64,000 nucleotides of DNA from Marsupella aquatica (Eukaryota > Plantae > Marchantiophyta), in contig OZ316893.1 of NCBI GenBank assembly GCA_973895155.1, positions 20,752,855-20,816,854 of the forward strand, given 5' to 3'. Positions within the stretch are counted from its first letter, which is position 1; each line of letters opens with the position of its first letter. Below are positions 48,062 through 61,690 of the stretch, in pieces. The translations under genes and the position numbers were made by a program. Under the pieces are notes generated by a model, which was not told the origin of the DNA, made no database searches, and worked only from the letters and a program-made list of their open reading frames with translations.

Positions 48062-51000
48062 TCATATCCGAATCACATATGAATTCGAATGTGTAACATA
48101 TCGAACCCAGCGATATGGGTTGTAGGACTTGGATTTCTTCACGACTTGTAGATATTTCACCTGCATGGTACACCACGAGCAGAATCCCCCATTAGATCAT
48201 ATTAGGAATGAAACCCGATTCCAGTAATGACGACGAAAAAGATTTCAGGAACATTCCCAAAGAATCACCTTCGGACGTTGCCCGTCCCGTCCTATTATGT
48301 GCCAATCTGGATCTTTTAAAGAGAATGTTAAGTATACAAGAGAATTGAGTGAGATCCAACCTCCAGTTTGGAGGCATTGAACATGGGAATCGTAAATGAC
48401 ATGCTGATTGGCCCTGCCTCCTTTTTGATATTTACTGCACTCGAAAACAATGTTTATAAATTGGGAGTATTTTGGCTCCAATACTTTCAAGAAAGGATGG
48501 ATCTCAAATGATAAGACAAAATTTACTAAGTACAACGAATGTTTACATAGTACACGCGATAGATGTCCAGCAACCTTGACTAACATTTTCTCCATAGTGT
48601 GTGTGAAAAACTAACGACGCAATGCAGGTGTTCTTTAGACAAACTCATGATGTCTCACCGTTCCTTTCTTGGGTTAATGTCAACTTTGCACGGAGAGTAT
48701 GCTCTGATCCCCCAGCAATCTGAATGAACCAGTATATTAGTACTGCACCATCCTATGATCTATCAAGTGATGGAAGACACTAAAGACAACAGAGTTCAAC
48801 CCGAGGTATCAAAAACAAGAAACAACAATGAAACCCAAAACACCCATAGAGTTTTCACCAGAAACACAATACAAAAAGCATAAGTTAGATATCGTCGAAG
48901 GGTTCAGCTCGCCATACCTTTCGTAATGACCACTCTATACTTTTGGAAGACTCTTTAAAATCAGTAGACTGCCCAACGGCTCCATCTTCCAAGTCAAAGC
49001 TAACCCTGTCACGACCAACAAACTATGAATAATGACAGATTTAACATGAAAAATCACTCTCAAGGTCTTTCCAGCTCGCTCAGTCACCGCTGGAAAACCA
49101 TACGATGCATCCTGATACAAGTATTCGTTCTCAAATCAAGAAAAGTACTGTATAGCATATGAGCAATGTATGAATACCTGGAAGTTGTTCTTGGTAGAGG
49201 TATCCGGAGTACAACCGTATTTGCAGTAACTTTCGTCGGAAAATCAGCACGTACCGTCAGTATAACTTCAGCCTGTCCCAGAAATAATCTGGATTAGAAC
49301 AAAGCCCGATATCCAGTTACTGTTCATAAAAACGAGCGAGGAGAAATGAGAAGTAAAGCCAGTCAAACCTTGAATGGTCCAGCTTCTTCAATTACAGGAA
49401 TCACTTTGAACGGTGGCTTAAACTCTTGTGTCATGCGATAATTCATAACAGAGAATTCACCATCTGGAGGTATCTGCAATTCACAATAGAAATTGGTCAG
49501 GAAGGTGCCCGGATAACCACGAAGATTGAATGTACAGTAGTCGCTTTTCCTTTAGAAATAACCTTCATTGGAAGCGAAACTATCAAACGAGTCGAATTCA
49601 CAATTTACCGCTGATACTAATGGCTCTAGACATTGACTTTGGGGCTTACTACTCTTTCGTACAGCTTCACCGCTACCATAATCATTTCATGCAATTCATT
49701 CGTTATAAGTCATCCAATCCAAAATTTCCCTTCCGAACGTGAAGACGACAAGTACTGAAACTGGGCATAAGATGCAACAAACCAGCGTGAGAAAACGGTC
49801 TGATTTGAAGTCGTCCAATCGCACGGACTCGTGAAAGTTACAGTCATCCAGGACCACCATGCCCGAACCTCCACCATAATCTACAACACCACAGAGAAAA
49901 TGTAAGTCAGATAATTGTTTGGTTCCTTACTCCAATGTATCCTACACCGATTATCGAACCTCTTCCGTGTAAAATGTTTTTAGATGTACATAGCACAACG
50001 TGAATTTTACGGTCCAAGCTCTACGGCGAAGATAAAGGATCTACCAGCCCCAAGACTTGCGCACGTTCGTCAAACATGATGAACAGAATCCTACAAAGGA
50101 AACAACTCCGACAAGGTATAAACCAACATGAATACAGGCCGAGTCTAGACATTGATAAGAATCTGGCCCCTGGTTTAACTGGTGCTTACCAAATCGGTTT
50201 TCCCCGCTAAGGGGTAAACTCAAGTCGTCATTCAATGCAACACGGATTTCAGGGTTTCCAGATAGATAACTTTTCATTTGAATTGTTCCGTCAATTTCTG
50301 AGGTCAGGACATATCCCTGCCAGCAACCGATTACCATGGTCAGAACGTCTACGACAAAAGTGAACAGTAACAATCAAAAGAGACATATTGCACAGGCGTG
50401 ATCGAACCTGAAATAATAAAAACTGGCCAGGGACATAGAACTCCAGGTACTTACACTAGCACTGAATGTTACACTTATTTTTTCAATGATATCCACGAAC
50501 ACTTCTTCTCGCTTCTTGCCCCCTGGTTCATTTGCAACAACCGATTTTGTGACAGCTGTACCGGGTACTCGTTTTGCTCCTTGCTGGATTGAAAAAATTA
50601 CTTGTTAGTAAGCAGGACAAGAACTCGTGCCGTCCATTATTTAAGATGTACACGGAAATTGAGGAAACACATATCTAAACTTTCTTTAAATATAACCGAC
50701 GATTTGCCCTCCAGACGTACATGGTAGCAAAGCTGTAGAGGAACAAAGAAAGCTTCCATGTACTGGCTCCAGCCATGACATTCGGCCAGGGAGCTTCCGC
50801 ATTACCCATAGATTTGCAAGATAACTTGTCGCTATCATATCTTTCTGAATGAGAAACTGCTCTACTCCCAGAGGAAAGTGGTACCAAAAAATGAAGGAAC
50901 GAAACAAAATTTCTTGTGAATATTTTACAGCGGAAATGATAAATGGGAGGACAGACTCACTTTAACGAGAATGGGCTGAAAGTCCAGACCCAGGGATAAG

Positions 51001-52714
51001 AACACTTACAATAAATAGAGAAGCTGGACCAAGTGAGGGAATGCGAGAAGAGTCGAGAACCACTGGTTCGTTGAATACAAAAGACTTCAGCGCTTCAGTT
51101 GAAGTTGTTTGAGGGTAGCCAAAGTCCTGCATGACGAAATTGTCCAATAAGAACAACTACAATTGGCCACGCTCTACAGGTTTACCTAAAAGAGGATTAT
51201 GCAGGGCCACATGCACAATTTTATATTCGTGTAGGACTGCCCGATAGCCCAAGGTAGCAAAAGCATAATCATCGATGCAAACTATCAGCACAAAGAAATA
51301 CGATATCGTAAGACTCACAATCATTTCATCGAGCAGCTCGTAAACAAGAACAAAATTTTTCCGAAGGGAATCTTCATTGAGCACTCCAAGGTAGTCCTTT
51401 GTCACACGAGCTATGCGTTGTAGTAGCTCCAAAACGAGAGCAGGCGAAACATTTATCCTTGTCGTAGCTACGAAGAGGAGCCCTCCCACTTTCACATGCA
51501 GGTAATTCACCGCATCCACAATCTGCAGCACAAAAAGAGCTAGCTCAGCGAGGAAGACGAGTATCGCATTCATCACACTGGTATATCACTTTAATTGAAC
51601 AATGTGCCTACCGACCATCCAAGCCATCAAAAAGGACAGCTGAGTGACTACAATTTCCTGTAAACGAATACCTACGAACACAGGTGGAGCCTCCTCCCCC
51701 TCCTCGCCCTTCCAGAATTTGACTTTCCGAAAAAAAATCTCCGCACTCCCTTTGGGGACATCACCACGATCTGAAACAACGGAACGCACGAGTCATAAAC
51801 GAGAAAACCTATTAGGAAAGGATTAGGTCACTCCATAGTTTTCCCAGGAATGACAGGGCATCCAGAGCAGTACTGACGACCGGCAGCAATCGAATTATGG
51901 CTCATCCCGGTTGTAAAGCTGTAGCATCACTAGTAATCTACCATCTACGTACAAAGTTGGTAAGAGCTAACTTGTCCAGCTCATCCAGCTTAATTATCAC
52001 CTTCGGTTCCTTATCTCAGAAGCTCATCAAGAAGAGCAGAAACTACAATCCAGCAGATCCAAGCCATCATATCCACACAATTGCCGTGGACACAAAAGTC
52101 ACCCTAGATGTAGCTGCACATCCTCCAGCAGAACCTGAAGCTCCAGGGTGGAATCAACATCGAGATCTAAAACGCACATAATTACCATGGACGTGACAGA
52201 CTCTTCCTCGAAAGTTCGACATTGCACGTCCTATCGCGGATCCGATGGACTTCATGGAAACAAGAAATCGCCAAACGTAAGGAACAACGGGAACAAGCAA
52301 TGCAAACGAACACCAGATCCATCGACTGCCGACCACTTACAGACAAAACTCCGACGACCTAACCTAGAGACGAAACGAGTAGCAGATCCAGGAAGATGTA
52401 AAAAAACGTATCCAGATCTCAGGGACTGACTCAGAAGGGAAAGGCATGGCAATCGAGGGATTTGACCTTTCCGCAACTTACGTTCTCTGAAAAACATTTT
52501 CGACAGACACACTCCAGTGACCTAACTTAGAAAGAAAGCGAGCAACAGCAGCAGCAAGAAGAGGGACAAAAGCGGTATCCAGATCCTACAGTCCCTGCCT
52601 GAGAAGGCAAAGACAGGGCAAAGGACGGGAGGTGAGCTGAGATTTCCAGAACTTACAATCCCGAAACACAATGTTGTCTCCTCTCAGAGACAGAACGAAA
52701 AACTGCGAGATCAT
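48062..52714 (-). CDS. AP4M: AP-4 adaptor complex medium (mu) subunit, 13 exons
   Basis: Starts MISQFFVLSLRGDNIVFRD (exon 1 is 52714-52657). Later exons encode FFRKVKFWK, KDYLGVLNEDSLRKNFVLVYELLDE, DFGYPQTTSTE, SEIDGTIQMKSYLSGNPEI, LDDCNFHESVRL, PPDGEFSVMNYRMTQEF and YNPYRWVRYVT. TGA at 48062-48064. Introns checked are GT-AG. Confidence 0.96.
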
Positions 52715-54135
52715 CGTGCTCGCCGTCCTCTCGATCGTCGTCCGTCCGTCAGTCAGTCAGCTCTCATCGTCTCGTCTCGTGCACCTCTCTCTCGTTCGCT
52801 CGCTCGTTCTCTCGATGGAACGAGAGGTGGAATCGCTCGCTCTCTCGATGGACGAGAGGTGGAAGAAAAGCACCACAAGGCTAATGTCTAACAACAGCGT
52901 AGTGAGATGGATCGCTCCATGATTCCATTGTTTTCGGAGAAAGAGGAACCACTCCTCTACTACCGTGAACTCGTCTTTTTTACTGTACGGTAATTGATTG
53001 ACTCCTTACACCACCGTCTACAGTAGATTTTAGAGGGATTTGTTTGACCCCAAAACGGAACCTGCTTGATATGACCTTTGAGTGATCCAGACCCTTGATT
53101 GACCTTGAATCAATGTACCCAAAACTTCAGGGGTCCTATCAAGTTAAAGTTAGACAATTCATTTTGGGGCCTGATCAGGCAAATCCCTCATAGATTTTAG
53201 CTTGGTATTTTGGCTAGAGTTTATACTGGTGAACATTACTGTTGGAGAAAATGTGCCCAAATTGGGAGAATAGAATACATGGTTTCAAAACCTCAAATTT
53301 GATGGACCTTTCAACCTAGTACTGTAGTTAAATCAATAGGTGCACACATAAGAGCTAGGGTGAACTCTAACTCTCATTTCCATTATGAATAGAGGGATGG
53401 GGCAGTAGTGTTGGGATGATATCCACCTTTTAAGGTGGGCTCCATTTTTTTGGACAGCTCCACTCCCCAGTGCTGGCAGGAATGAACACTACTGTAGTCA
53501 GGCAGGAAAGGGGCCCTTTCATATGGGCAGGTGTGATTCAAAACTTACAAACAGAAAAAGTCATGGAGTATCATATTCATGATCCATAAATTTTGGCCAT
53601 AAAGATTGGTCATATGCATGACCATAAGTCACTGTAGAGGCTAGTGAAAGAAAGCCCTATAAAAAGCTATGATCAGTTGTTATGGCTAAAAGCCATCATG
53701 CATAACTATGAAGCTTGAGACGCCCTAACATTATTCACACCCGATATTCACAAGGTCTCACTGTATGAAGGGGGCCCATATCACCTGCCCCATTTTGAGT
53801 CTTTTCAGGTTGTTGGGCACTAAGGCTCTTGCTCTTGCTCTTGGGTCATTCTTTGGGTCCCTTGAATGGGCCTTTTGGCTCTTGGGACTTTCCAGTTTCT
53901 CTACCCATGTCTTCCCTCTTGCATTAGGTTTCTTGCCTTTCGGATCCTTGGATCCCTGTCTCCTGATATGGCACCTTTTTGTCAGTGTTTGCAGTAGTTT
54001 ATATTTTTTTGAGATCATATCTTACCTTACAAGCTCAAGCTCAAGCTCAAGCTCAAAATTAATCAAAAAGACCTTAATATATTTTCCACAAAAAAGTAAG
54101 TCCTCCCTTAGAACCACTAAAATGTCCTTATGTTT

Positions 54136-54726
54136 CATCTGTTTTTTACTAGCCTGTCCCCCAAACTGACCATTATTATCAACCTGTCCCTCAAACTCCA
54201 ACCCAAATTATTTGTATTTACTAGGTTGACCCCCATGTTGTATACCAGTTACTCTTATTCCTGTACTCAAGGTCATTCCAAAAATTGGTTGTCTGCCATG
54301 TGACAAGGCGCTATTGGCCCCGCCAAACCCCATCCGGTAATGCCCTTACCCAGACCGCCTCACTCCAATTATGAAAAATGTGGGAGTACAGGACCAGCTC
54401 CCTCATGGTGTGCAAATCCAGCGCTACCTCAGCTTCCTCCCCGCCCTCCTGTTATAGATAATGCAGGCTGTCCTCTCCTATTTCACGCCGAGCTCCTTCC
54501 CCTCCATCCTGTTTTAAAAAACAAACCCGGGCAGGCTTGATTTCTCATATTGCATGGCAAATAGCCCTGTGGCAGACAACTAGGGTGAAATAATGATATC
54601 TGGTTATGTACAGGAGAAAGAGTAACCCATATACGAAATGGGGGCTGACGTAATAGTTAAAATAGTTTGGGGGACAGATTGAAAATAACGGTCAATTTGG
54701 GGGATAGGGTAGTAAAAGGTGGTATG
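54136..54726. mobile_element. Long-TIR MITE, same family as 1010-1561
   Basis: Left arm TTTTACTAGCCTGTCCCCCAAACTGACC...GTTACTCTT...GTTGTCTGCCA pairs with right arm TGGCAGACAAC...AGAGTAAC...GGTCAATTTGGGGGATAGGGTAGTAAAA. Shares ACCTGTCCCTCAAACT with the first element. Confidence 0.65.
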
Positions 54727-54949
54727 TTTCATTGCATGTGATGTGCTGTTTTTGCAAATGTAAGACCCTTGAGATACTATTCAGGCATGGATCATCTAAA
54801 CTAAGTTGAGCATATCTCATAGTTGAACTACTTAGAATTTGATATTGGCTGAAAATGCCAAAATGCCTTTTGCTCAAAGGCATCAGCAGTTTCCTTGGAG
54901 ACAATGAGATATTTAAATAATACAACTTTAAGTTCACAGCACTGTCTCA

Positions 54950-55600
54950 TGATCTCACCAAAGTTTTATGAGTCAATCTGTGTCCATACAAGGATGTATT
55001 GTTGATTTTTTTTTAGCAGTGCTCACCAGTCATTTCACCCTGTTCTTCAAAGTATAACTCTAAAGTGTGTTTTGGTTGCAAAATGATTGAGCTAATAATC
55101 TCTTCTCTCCCGTGGTGTTGCTACCATGTGATTTTTCACCCTTGCTAATGTTGTACTCTGGACCACCCGAGCTTAATATTTTTGCTGTTGTTTTTTTAAA
55201 TCTGTTTGTAATATTTTGGACTACCCTACCCTGGGATACAGATTCCAATTGTGAGATCCCATAACAACTGGTTACACTTTTATCTTTTGTATTGTACTAC
55301 CAAGCCAATGCCTGTCCATTGTGCATTGCAGAGTACTGTCAATATACATGTTGAGCAGAATTGTTGTCAAGCACAAGTGAGATGATCATGCACTCAGACA
55401 CTGCAAAGAGTAGGGGAGTCGGCCTAACAACCGGATTTGGAGGCATGTGTGAGCTACAGGGAGAGTAACAGGCTAGTCGCAAAAATGTGCCACAGTGGCA
55501 CCTTCAGGGCCATCTTATGGTTAGGAAAAATGTCAACACAATTCAAGAGCTTCTGGCTAGTATGACACTTCATAAACAGACCATGAGAAACAAAGAGCAT
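54950..55600 (-). mobile_element. Decayed pogo/Tigger-like (DDE_1) transposase fragment
   Basis: MIISLVLDNNSAQH resembles the DDE_1 LLxDNxSAH motif. Nucleotide similarity to 63700-63900. Confidence 0.35.
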
Positions 55601-56718
55601 AATTGCATGTTATGATATCTAGATGATGATGAAATTATATTTTTTGAAAATTCAAACACTTGTTTTATGCTAGTAAAACACTCTTGATCATGCTCTCACC
55701 CTCAGGCATTTTAAATCAACAAATTCGGCCACCAGTGCGCTAAGCAACCAATATGGTTTATTTCATACAGCTGAAATAAATAATAAACAAGTTAACATAT
55801 TCTGATAGTTACCAAAACATGTTAGGTACCTGCCAATAGGTTCATTTGCAATAGACATACAGTCGACCTTAATGTTCATTGCGGGCTTATGCCCAATCTA
55901 ATACTTGTAGCAACCTACATACACCCACCCTTTACCTTAATAAGTCTCTCATGCGCCCAGGATGCTTTAGGCAAACAAAGCTGGACCTCTCTGCATCACC
56001 TGGGGAGAGAACACTCACGTCTCCACTATGAGGGGAATGCAAATTGCAAATCTTTATAGTCACGGCGGCTTATGTCACCCTTCTTGTGAAGCCTCCGTTA
56101 TACTTGTGATCCTTTTGGCAAAGGAAAGAGACCTCCTCATGCCTCGTTCACAGTAGTGAGAGAATGCTCCCTTTTCCCTACACACTGTTAAATAATGATC
56201 TGAGTTAAATCTTTCTTGACTCAGATCTTTATTGAATGAATTAAGTAACAAAGGTCCAATGATGGGACCTTACATCTGCAAATAGTAAGGGAGGTAATGC
56301 AAGGTCATTGGGAATAACTTTATTTTTTAAATGTGAAGGAAAACATGTATTCCAGAGTGTATTAATGATGGGCCTCAAAATTTAGAAATTGGTATGGACA
56401 AAGGTGATTGGGCATAAATGTGATATGGAAAAACATATCCTCTACTTGGGTGTATAACTTTGTGCAATCTCAAGTAATAAAGCATTTTTTTTGTGTCTTT
56501 GAAAACCTAGAGGAGTCCTATCCCGAGGAGAGACACCCAAAACAGATCCATCCAACAAACGATAGATCTGGAGCACTCTTTGGTCAGGGACTTGGTAGTG
56601 AGAACCACCTACCCATGTCCCTTATGTAAAATCTCTCTTGCACCTCAGGCAAAAGGAGAGGTACCTCCTCATGCCTCATCTAGGGAGAGGACAAAGGGAC
56701 ATAGAACCTTGTGGTGAG

Positions 56719-56893
56719 GAAGGTGGCCTGGTGGAAAGGTATCACTGCAACTCAGAGGCTTAGAACAATTGGTCATCCAGCATCAACACTGACTTTACGG
56801 GCAGAAGGTGGCCCTGGTGGAAAGGTATCACTGCAACTCAGAGGCTGAGAACAATTGGTCATCCAGCATCAACACTGCCTTTACGGGCAGAAA
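56719..56893. repeat. Near-perfect tandem duplication of about 86 bp
   Basis: GAAGGTGGCC(C)TGGTGGAAAGGTATCACTGCAACTCAGAGGCT.AGAACAATTGGTCATCCAGCATCAACACTG.CTTTACGGGCAGAA occurs twice. Confidence 0.9.
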
Positions 56894-57158
56894 TCTAAAC
56901 TATGAGCCCGATGCCCGCTGCACGGCACAAGGAGAACCAGCCCATAACGGGGCATTTATGGGGCAGTGGGAAGCATATATGTGCTAAGGGTGCACACTTC
57001 CTCCATCAATGATTGGGAAAAACAGCCAATCAAATCAACTACTGTGTATCTTTCCCCTTTAGGAGATTTTTTTTTGTATTGGAATGAAGGACCAAAAAGA
57101 AGGGATCCCTTATTATAGGTGTAGATTACAAAATTTGATGGAGAAGATCCAAGCCCAG

Positions 57159-57245
57159 CATGGTGCTATCAAGCACATTGGATACATGTAGCAAACATGA
57201 CACATGGTGCTATCAAGCACATTGGATACATGTAGCAAACATGAC
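57159..57245. repeat. 44-bp tandem duplication
   Basis: CATGGTGCTATCAAGCACATTGGATACATGTAGCAAACATGA occurs twice. Confidence 0.9.
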
Positions 57246-57699
57246 GAGAAGCATGACGAGAAGCGTGTTACTGCTCCCGAGTGCTGACTAGGAAGGCAGG
57301 CACGATGTGTGGACGGAGTTTGACCAGGAACGGCTGTATGATGGAAGGACACTGTACTGATTGCCGATTGCAGTATGAATGTGTTCAATCCGTGATCAAC
57401 CAAGAGAGAAGATCAAGTCAGCTCTCCCAAAGCGTTCTTCATAGAGAGATCTGCAGAGTAAGCACATTTCCATGACTACCTGTGGGCAACCTGCACGAAT
57501 ACTTGATAGTTCTAAAGCGAGGATCCCCACTCCCCCCATCTCGGTGGGTCTCGGTCATGTCTCATTGAATGCTGGGAGTGCGGAGTATTACTTGGAACCC
57601 CAGTCCTCGGGAGTTTACGATGAGCATAGTCAAACAGAGGGACATTTATTGCTCGCACACGGCCCTCTATAGCGACAAAGCTGTTGACATCACCATATC

Positions 57700-58320
57700 A
57701 TCAAAGCAAAAGCGCATGCATTGAAAAGGCCAAAGCCCAAAGATGCAGGTCGGTTGCACATTAAACTCGTGCCCATGTCACGTACCATGCAAGCTCCTGA
57801 TTGTTTTTGGTAACAGCGAGGAGAGAAGAGTATTCTGTAGGAGCGGCCAAAAGGATTGCGCGAAGTACAAAACCTGACGAATCTCCATCACAAGACTGCA
57901 AAGACGGATATCGGGAGGACAAACAAGTCCACCCATCACCCATGACTCCGATCAGCCGCTGAGAACCATAAATTGAAGACTCAGATGGTGGCAGGAGGAG
58001 AAGTCCTGACAAAATTCCATCCACTAAATACAACAGACATACGTAGTGACAGATCAGATACTGAAGGTCTGACACCCATTTCCAAAACAAGGACTGCACT
58101 CATTCGCAGGAGTGGTTCAAAATCATTTCCTCAAGCCATGGGCAGGAGAATCTTACAGCCATACATTGCAGAAAAAGTAAAGGTCCAAGTGGTGACATCA
58201 TTATTAGATAAGTCATAATTGCCCTCGATTTAGGGTCAATTAAAGTACAGACTCCACGAGATACTTTATTGCCAGAGAGCCTACTCAGTAAACACTTGTG
58301 ACTCAAATTTGCCAAGCATA
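57700..58320 (-). mobile_element. Degenerate LINE (L1-like) ORF2 C-terminal fragment
   Basis: SCPWLEEMILNHSCE*VQSLFWKWV followed by LAWYVTWAR resembles the Cys/His knuckle and WxIWxxRN motif of plant L1 ORF2. Confidence 0.35.
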
Positions 58321-58841
58321 TTGGGATTCCGTTATATACAATCTAGATCTGTCACCATGTTTGCAGGCTACGAGAACAACCTACTAAATTAAAGGGCCCC
58401 CAACTAGACCCTCTGAACGGGCTCCTATTGTGAGCCATAGAAATACAAATTCCAGTCCTGCAGACCCTGAGCGAGGGAACTACTGACCTCCAATAAGGAT
58501 AAGAAGGCTAGGAAGAAAACCGGAGAACTACTAGAGTCCACACTTGAAACAACCCGTCACAGCCACATCAGAGCATGTTTAGTTTCAAGAATTTCACCTC
58601 CATGTGAAAATCTCCTTGCACGGCCAATGGTGCCAAAAATATCCTGGGAGTAAACCGTGTAAATTTACAATGGTGTCGCACCCAGGTAACAAATGCCCAC
58701 CCGAATCAGGCGACTTTTCGAGCGACGGTAGAGACGAAAGGTGATAAAAAAAAAGATAAAATGTGCTACCCTGAAATCTCGTCTCCTATTCGTAATCCTG
58801 TCTGCCATTCATATTCACAAACTGGCAGCAGGGCCTCCCCA

Positions 58842-61690
58842 CTAGTAAGGCATGAAATTTTGAACAGCAGTTACTTTCTTGGAGAGACGGCTCTTCCTCA
58901 GGCGATCAGCTATAATGAAAGCAAGCTCAAGAGATTGGGAAGCATTAAGCCGTGGGTCACAGTGGGTGTGGTAGCGAGAGCTCAAGTCCTCAAAGAGCAG
59001 GTTGTTTGCGCCACCAATGCACTCCGTAACGTTCTGGCCAGTCATTTCAAGGTGCACTCCTCCAGCATGGGTACCTTCTTGCTCGTGGACGTCGAAGAAA
59101 GCGCGCAACTCAGCCTGCAAAATCATATTCGGTCTCTATTAATCTGATTGGTCTATAGTTTCCTTCACTCAAGTTGACGTTTTCACTAATGCACTACGAC
59201 CGCACCTAATTTGGGAAAGACGACACGCACAGAGAGCAGATTGACCAAAAACATCCCTATCCTTAATTTCAGGAAAATTCCTTCGGCTGGCATGACTTCC
59301 GAAATTGCAGATTCGATACTAATGACTTACCCTAATGTCATCGAAAGGCCTTGTTTTCAGGCCATGACCAGGTGCCTTGATAGTGTTGCCGTGCATCGGA
59401 TCGCTGACCCATGTCACAATAAGGCCAGCTTGACGCACTGCTCTGATCAAGGCCGGCAAGTGGGCACGGAGTTTCGCAGCTCCCATTCGCACAATGACAG
59501 TGAGACGGCCCGGCTTGTTCTGAGGGTTCAGCAGTTCACACAACTTCACGAGCTCTGCGGGATCCATCTTGTCACTTGCCTGAAAAACGATAAAACGAAT
59601 CAGAAAACACCCAGCAAGCTCAATGCAGGATGAGCAGACGACACCGAAAGTCACAGAGTCAATGCAAGATGAGCAGGTCGCAGTACAATAAACCTTCGAC
59701 TTGAGGCAAGAATCGTAATGAGCGCACTAAATCGCGATCAAGTACAATACCTTGACGCCGATGGGGTTGGAAACACCGCGGAGAAACTCAACGTGGGCAC
59801 CGTCGAGTTGTCTGGTCCTCTCGCCGATCCACAGGAAGTGAGCAGAACAGTCATACCACAGACCCGAGGTAGAATCCTGGCGGGTCAGGGCTTGTTCGTA
59901 GGGCAACAGCAGGCATTCGTGAGAGGTCCAAAATTCCGTGGACTTCATGATGGGATGGTCAAGTGTCAATCCACATGCTGACATGAAACCGAGAGCCTCA
60001 TCTACTCTGCTGGCCAGCTCACGATATCTGTAGAAAAGAAATCGAATCCGGATTAGAATTGTGCTCCACACCAAGCTAAAGAAGAGCAGCATTCACAAAG
60101 TTTACTCAGTTACAAGAGAATCTAACGACACACCGAAGTGATCTGAATAAAGAAACATCCAAAACAAACATTGCGCTTAGTGCTATCCTCAAAATTCGAT
60201 TCATGTGCTTATTAAAACATTGAAGACGCTTCCACAAAATCAGTATATGCAAAGAACATTGAACTATCCCGAGAAAGTGATCCACCAAATGCCGTTGGTA
60301 GAAATGACCGAGACGACGCATCAAGATGTCTTAAATGCGGAGTGGAGAAGCTGCCAATGTTTCTCACCTGTCACCCTGCTCATTTTGCATGAAATCAAGG
60401 TTCCACTGGGTCACGCGTTGCATGGCTGCATAGCCACCAGTGGCGAAAGCCCGGAGAAGATTCAGAGTTGCGGCAGCTTGACTGTAAGCCTTAACCATAC
60501 GGTGAGGGTCAGGGAAACGGGACTTCTCGTCGAAGGTGTCTCCATTGATGATGTCCCCTCTGTAGCATGGCAGAGTCACTCCCTCGAGAGTCTCATCATT
60601 GGCAGATCTGGGCTTCGCAAACTGACCCGCCATACGCCCCAACTGCATTTCGCATAACATGTGGTAATTAGCTCACATTTAGCGTTTGTGTAATTGATGA
60701 ATGAAATAAACAACCCATTCCGATGGCGACCTTCTGCACCATCTCGTGCACGCGAGTATTCAGAAAATCGACAGTTTGAACCAATGACAAATAATTGGTT
60801 TTCAGTTCAACATATAAAGTCAAAATCTAGCTCGCAGGAGGTGCTGTCTGGCCTCTCGACCAACCATCCAAAAGTTAAGAACACACACGGTGGCCACGAT
60901 GCATCAAAGCCTCGTGCAACACAATACCGGACCAGTTTGTTCTCGACCACTAAACAACTTAGTGGTGCACGCGAAGGGAAAGGAATGTAAATTCGACTTC
61001 GATACTACAATGCAGACAACGTCACGGGTATAGTGGACTGATCCTCACTACTCAACTGACGCAAATTCGTGCAACTACCAACAAAAGCACAAGATTCAAA
61101 AAATATAAGCATACCTTGACGACTGGCATTTGGCCCCCGAACATGAGAACCACTCCCATCTGGAGAATGACACGGAAGGTGTCTCGAATGTTATCGGCCT
61201 TGAACTCCTTGAAACTTTCAGCACAATCACCTCCCTGCAGAAGGAACGCGTTCCCGAGAGCAGCCTCGGCGAGTTTCTCCTCCAGATTGCGCGCCTCTCC
61301 AGCAAACACCAAAGGAGGGTACTCCGCGAGCGCTTTCTCGACGGCCTCCAACTCCTCGGCGTCACGATATATGGGCAGCTGCAGCGCCCTCTTACTCTTC
61401 CAGCTCTCGATCGACCATCCCTTGACTCCCTGTGCGGCCTCCATCGACGGCTCGATGATTTTCGGCGTGCTCATTGGCTCGATCGCCTGAACGGCCCTCA
61501 CGGCCACGACTCCCCCGTCAGGAGCAGCCCTAACAACCTTCGAAGCTGCTGCACTGCGACCGGACAAACGCACACCGTAGAAGTCCCCATTGCTCGATTT
61601 GATCATCCGCCTCTCCGCCACTGCAGAGGGCACCGCCGCGGCAGCAGCAGCACCGTGCACGGCCGCCGAAACGACTCCCGACATCGCCAT
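58842..61690 (-). CDS. DHS: Class II DAHP synthase (phospho-2-dehydro-3-deoxyheptonate aldolase), plastid-targeted, 549 aa, 5 exons
   Basis: Exons 61690-61115, 60642-60368, 60027-59751, 59579-59331 and 59114-58842 total 1650 nt. Ala/Ser/Arg-rich transit peptide. Motifs [97 protein letters not shown]. Confidence 0.97.

Noticed and set aside
6603-61690. UGT plus DAHP synthase as a biosynthetic gene cluster
   Set aside because: They are about 50 kb apart and separated by unrelated housekeeping genes, with no other pathway enzymes.
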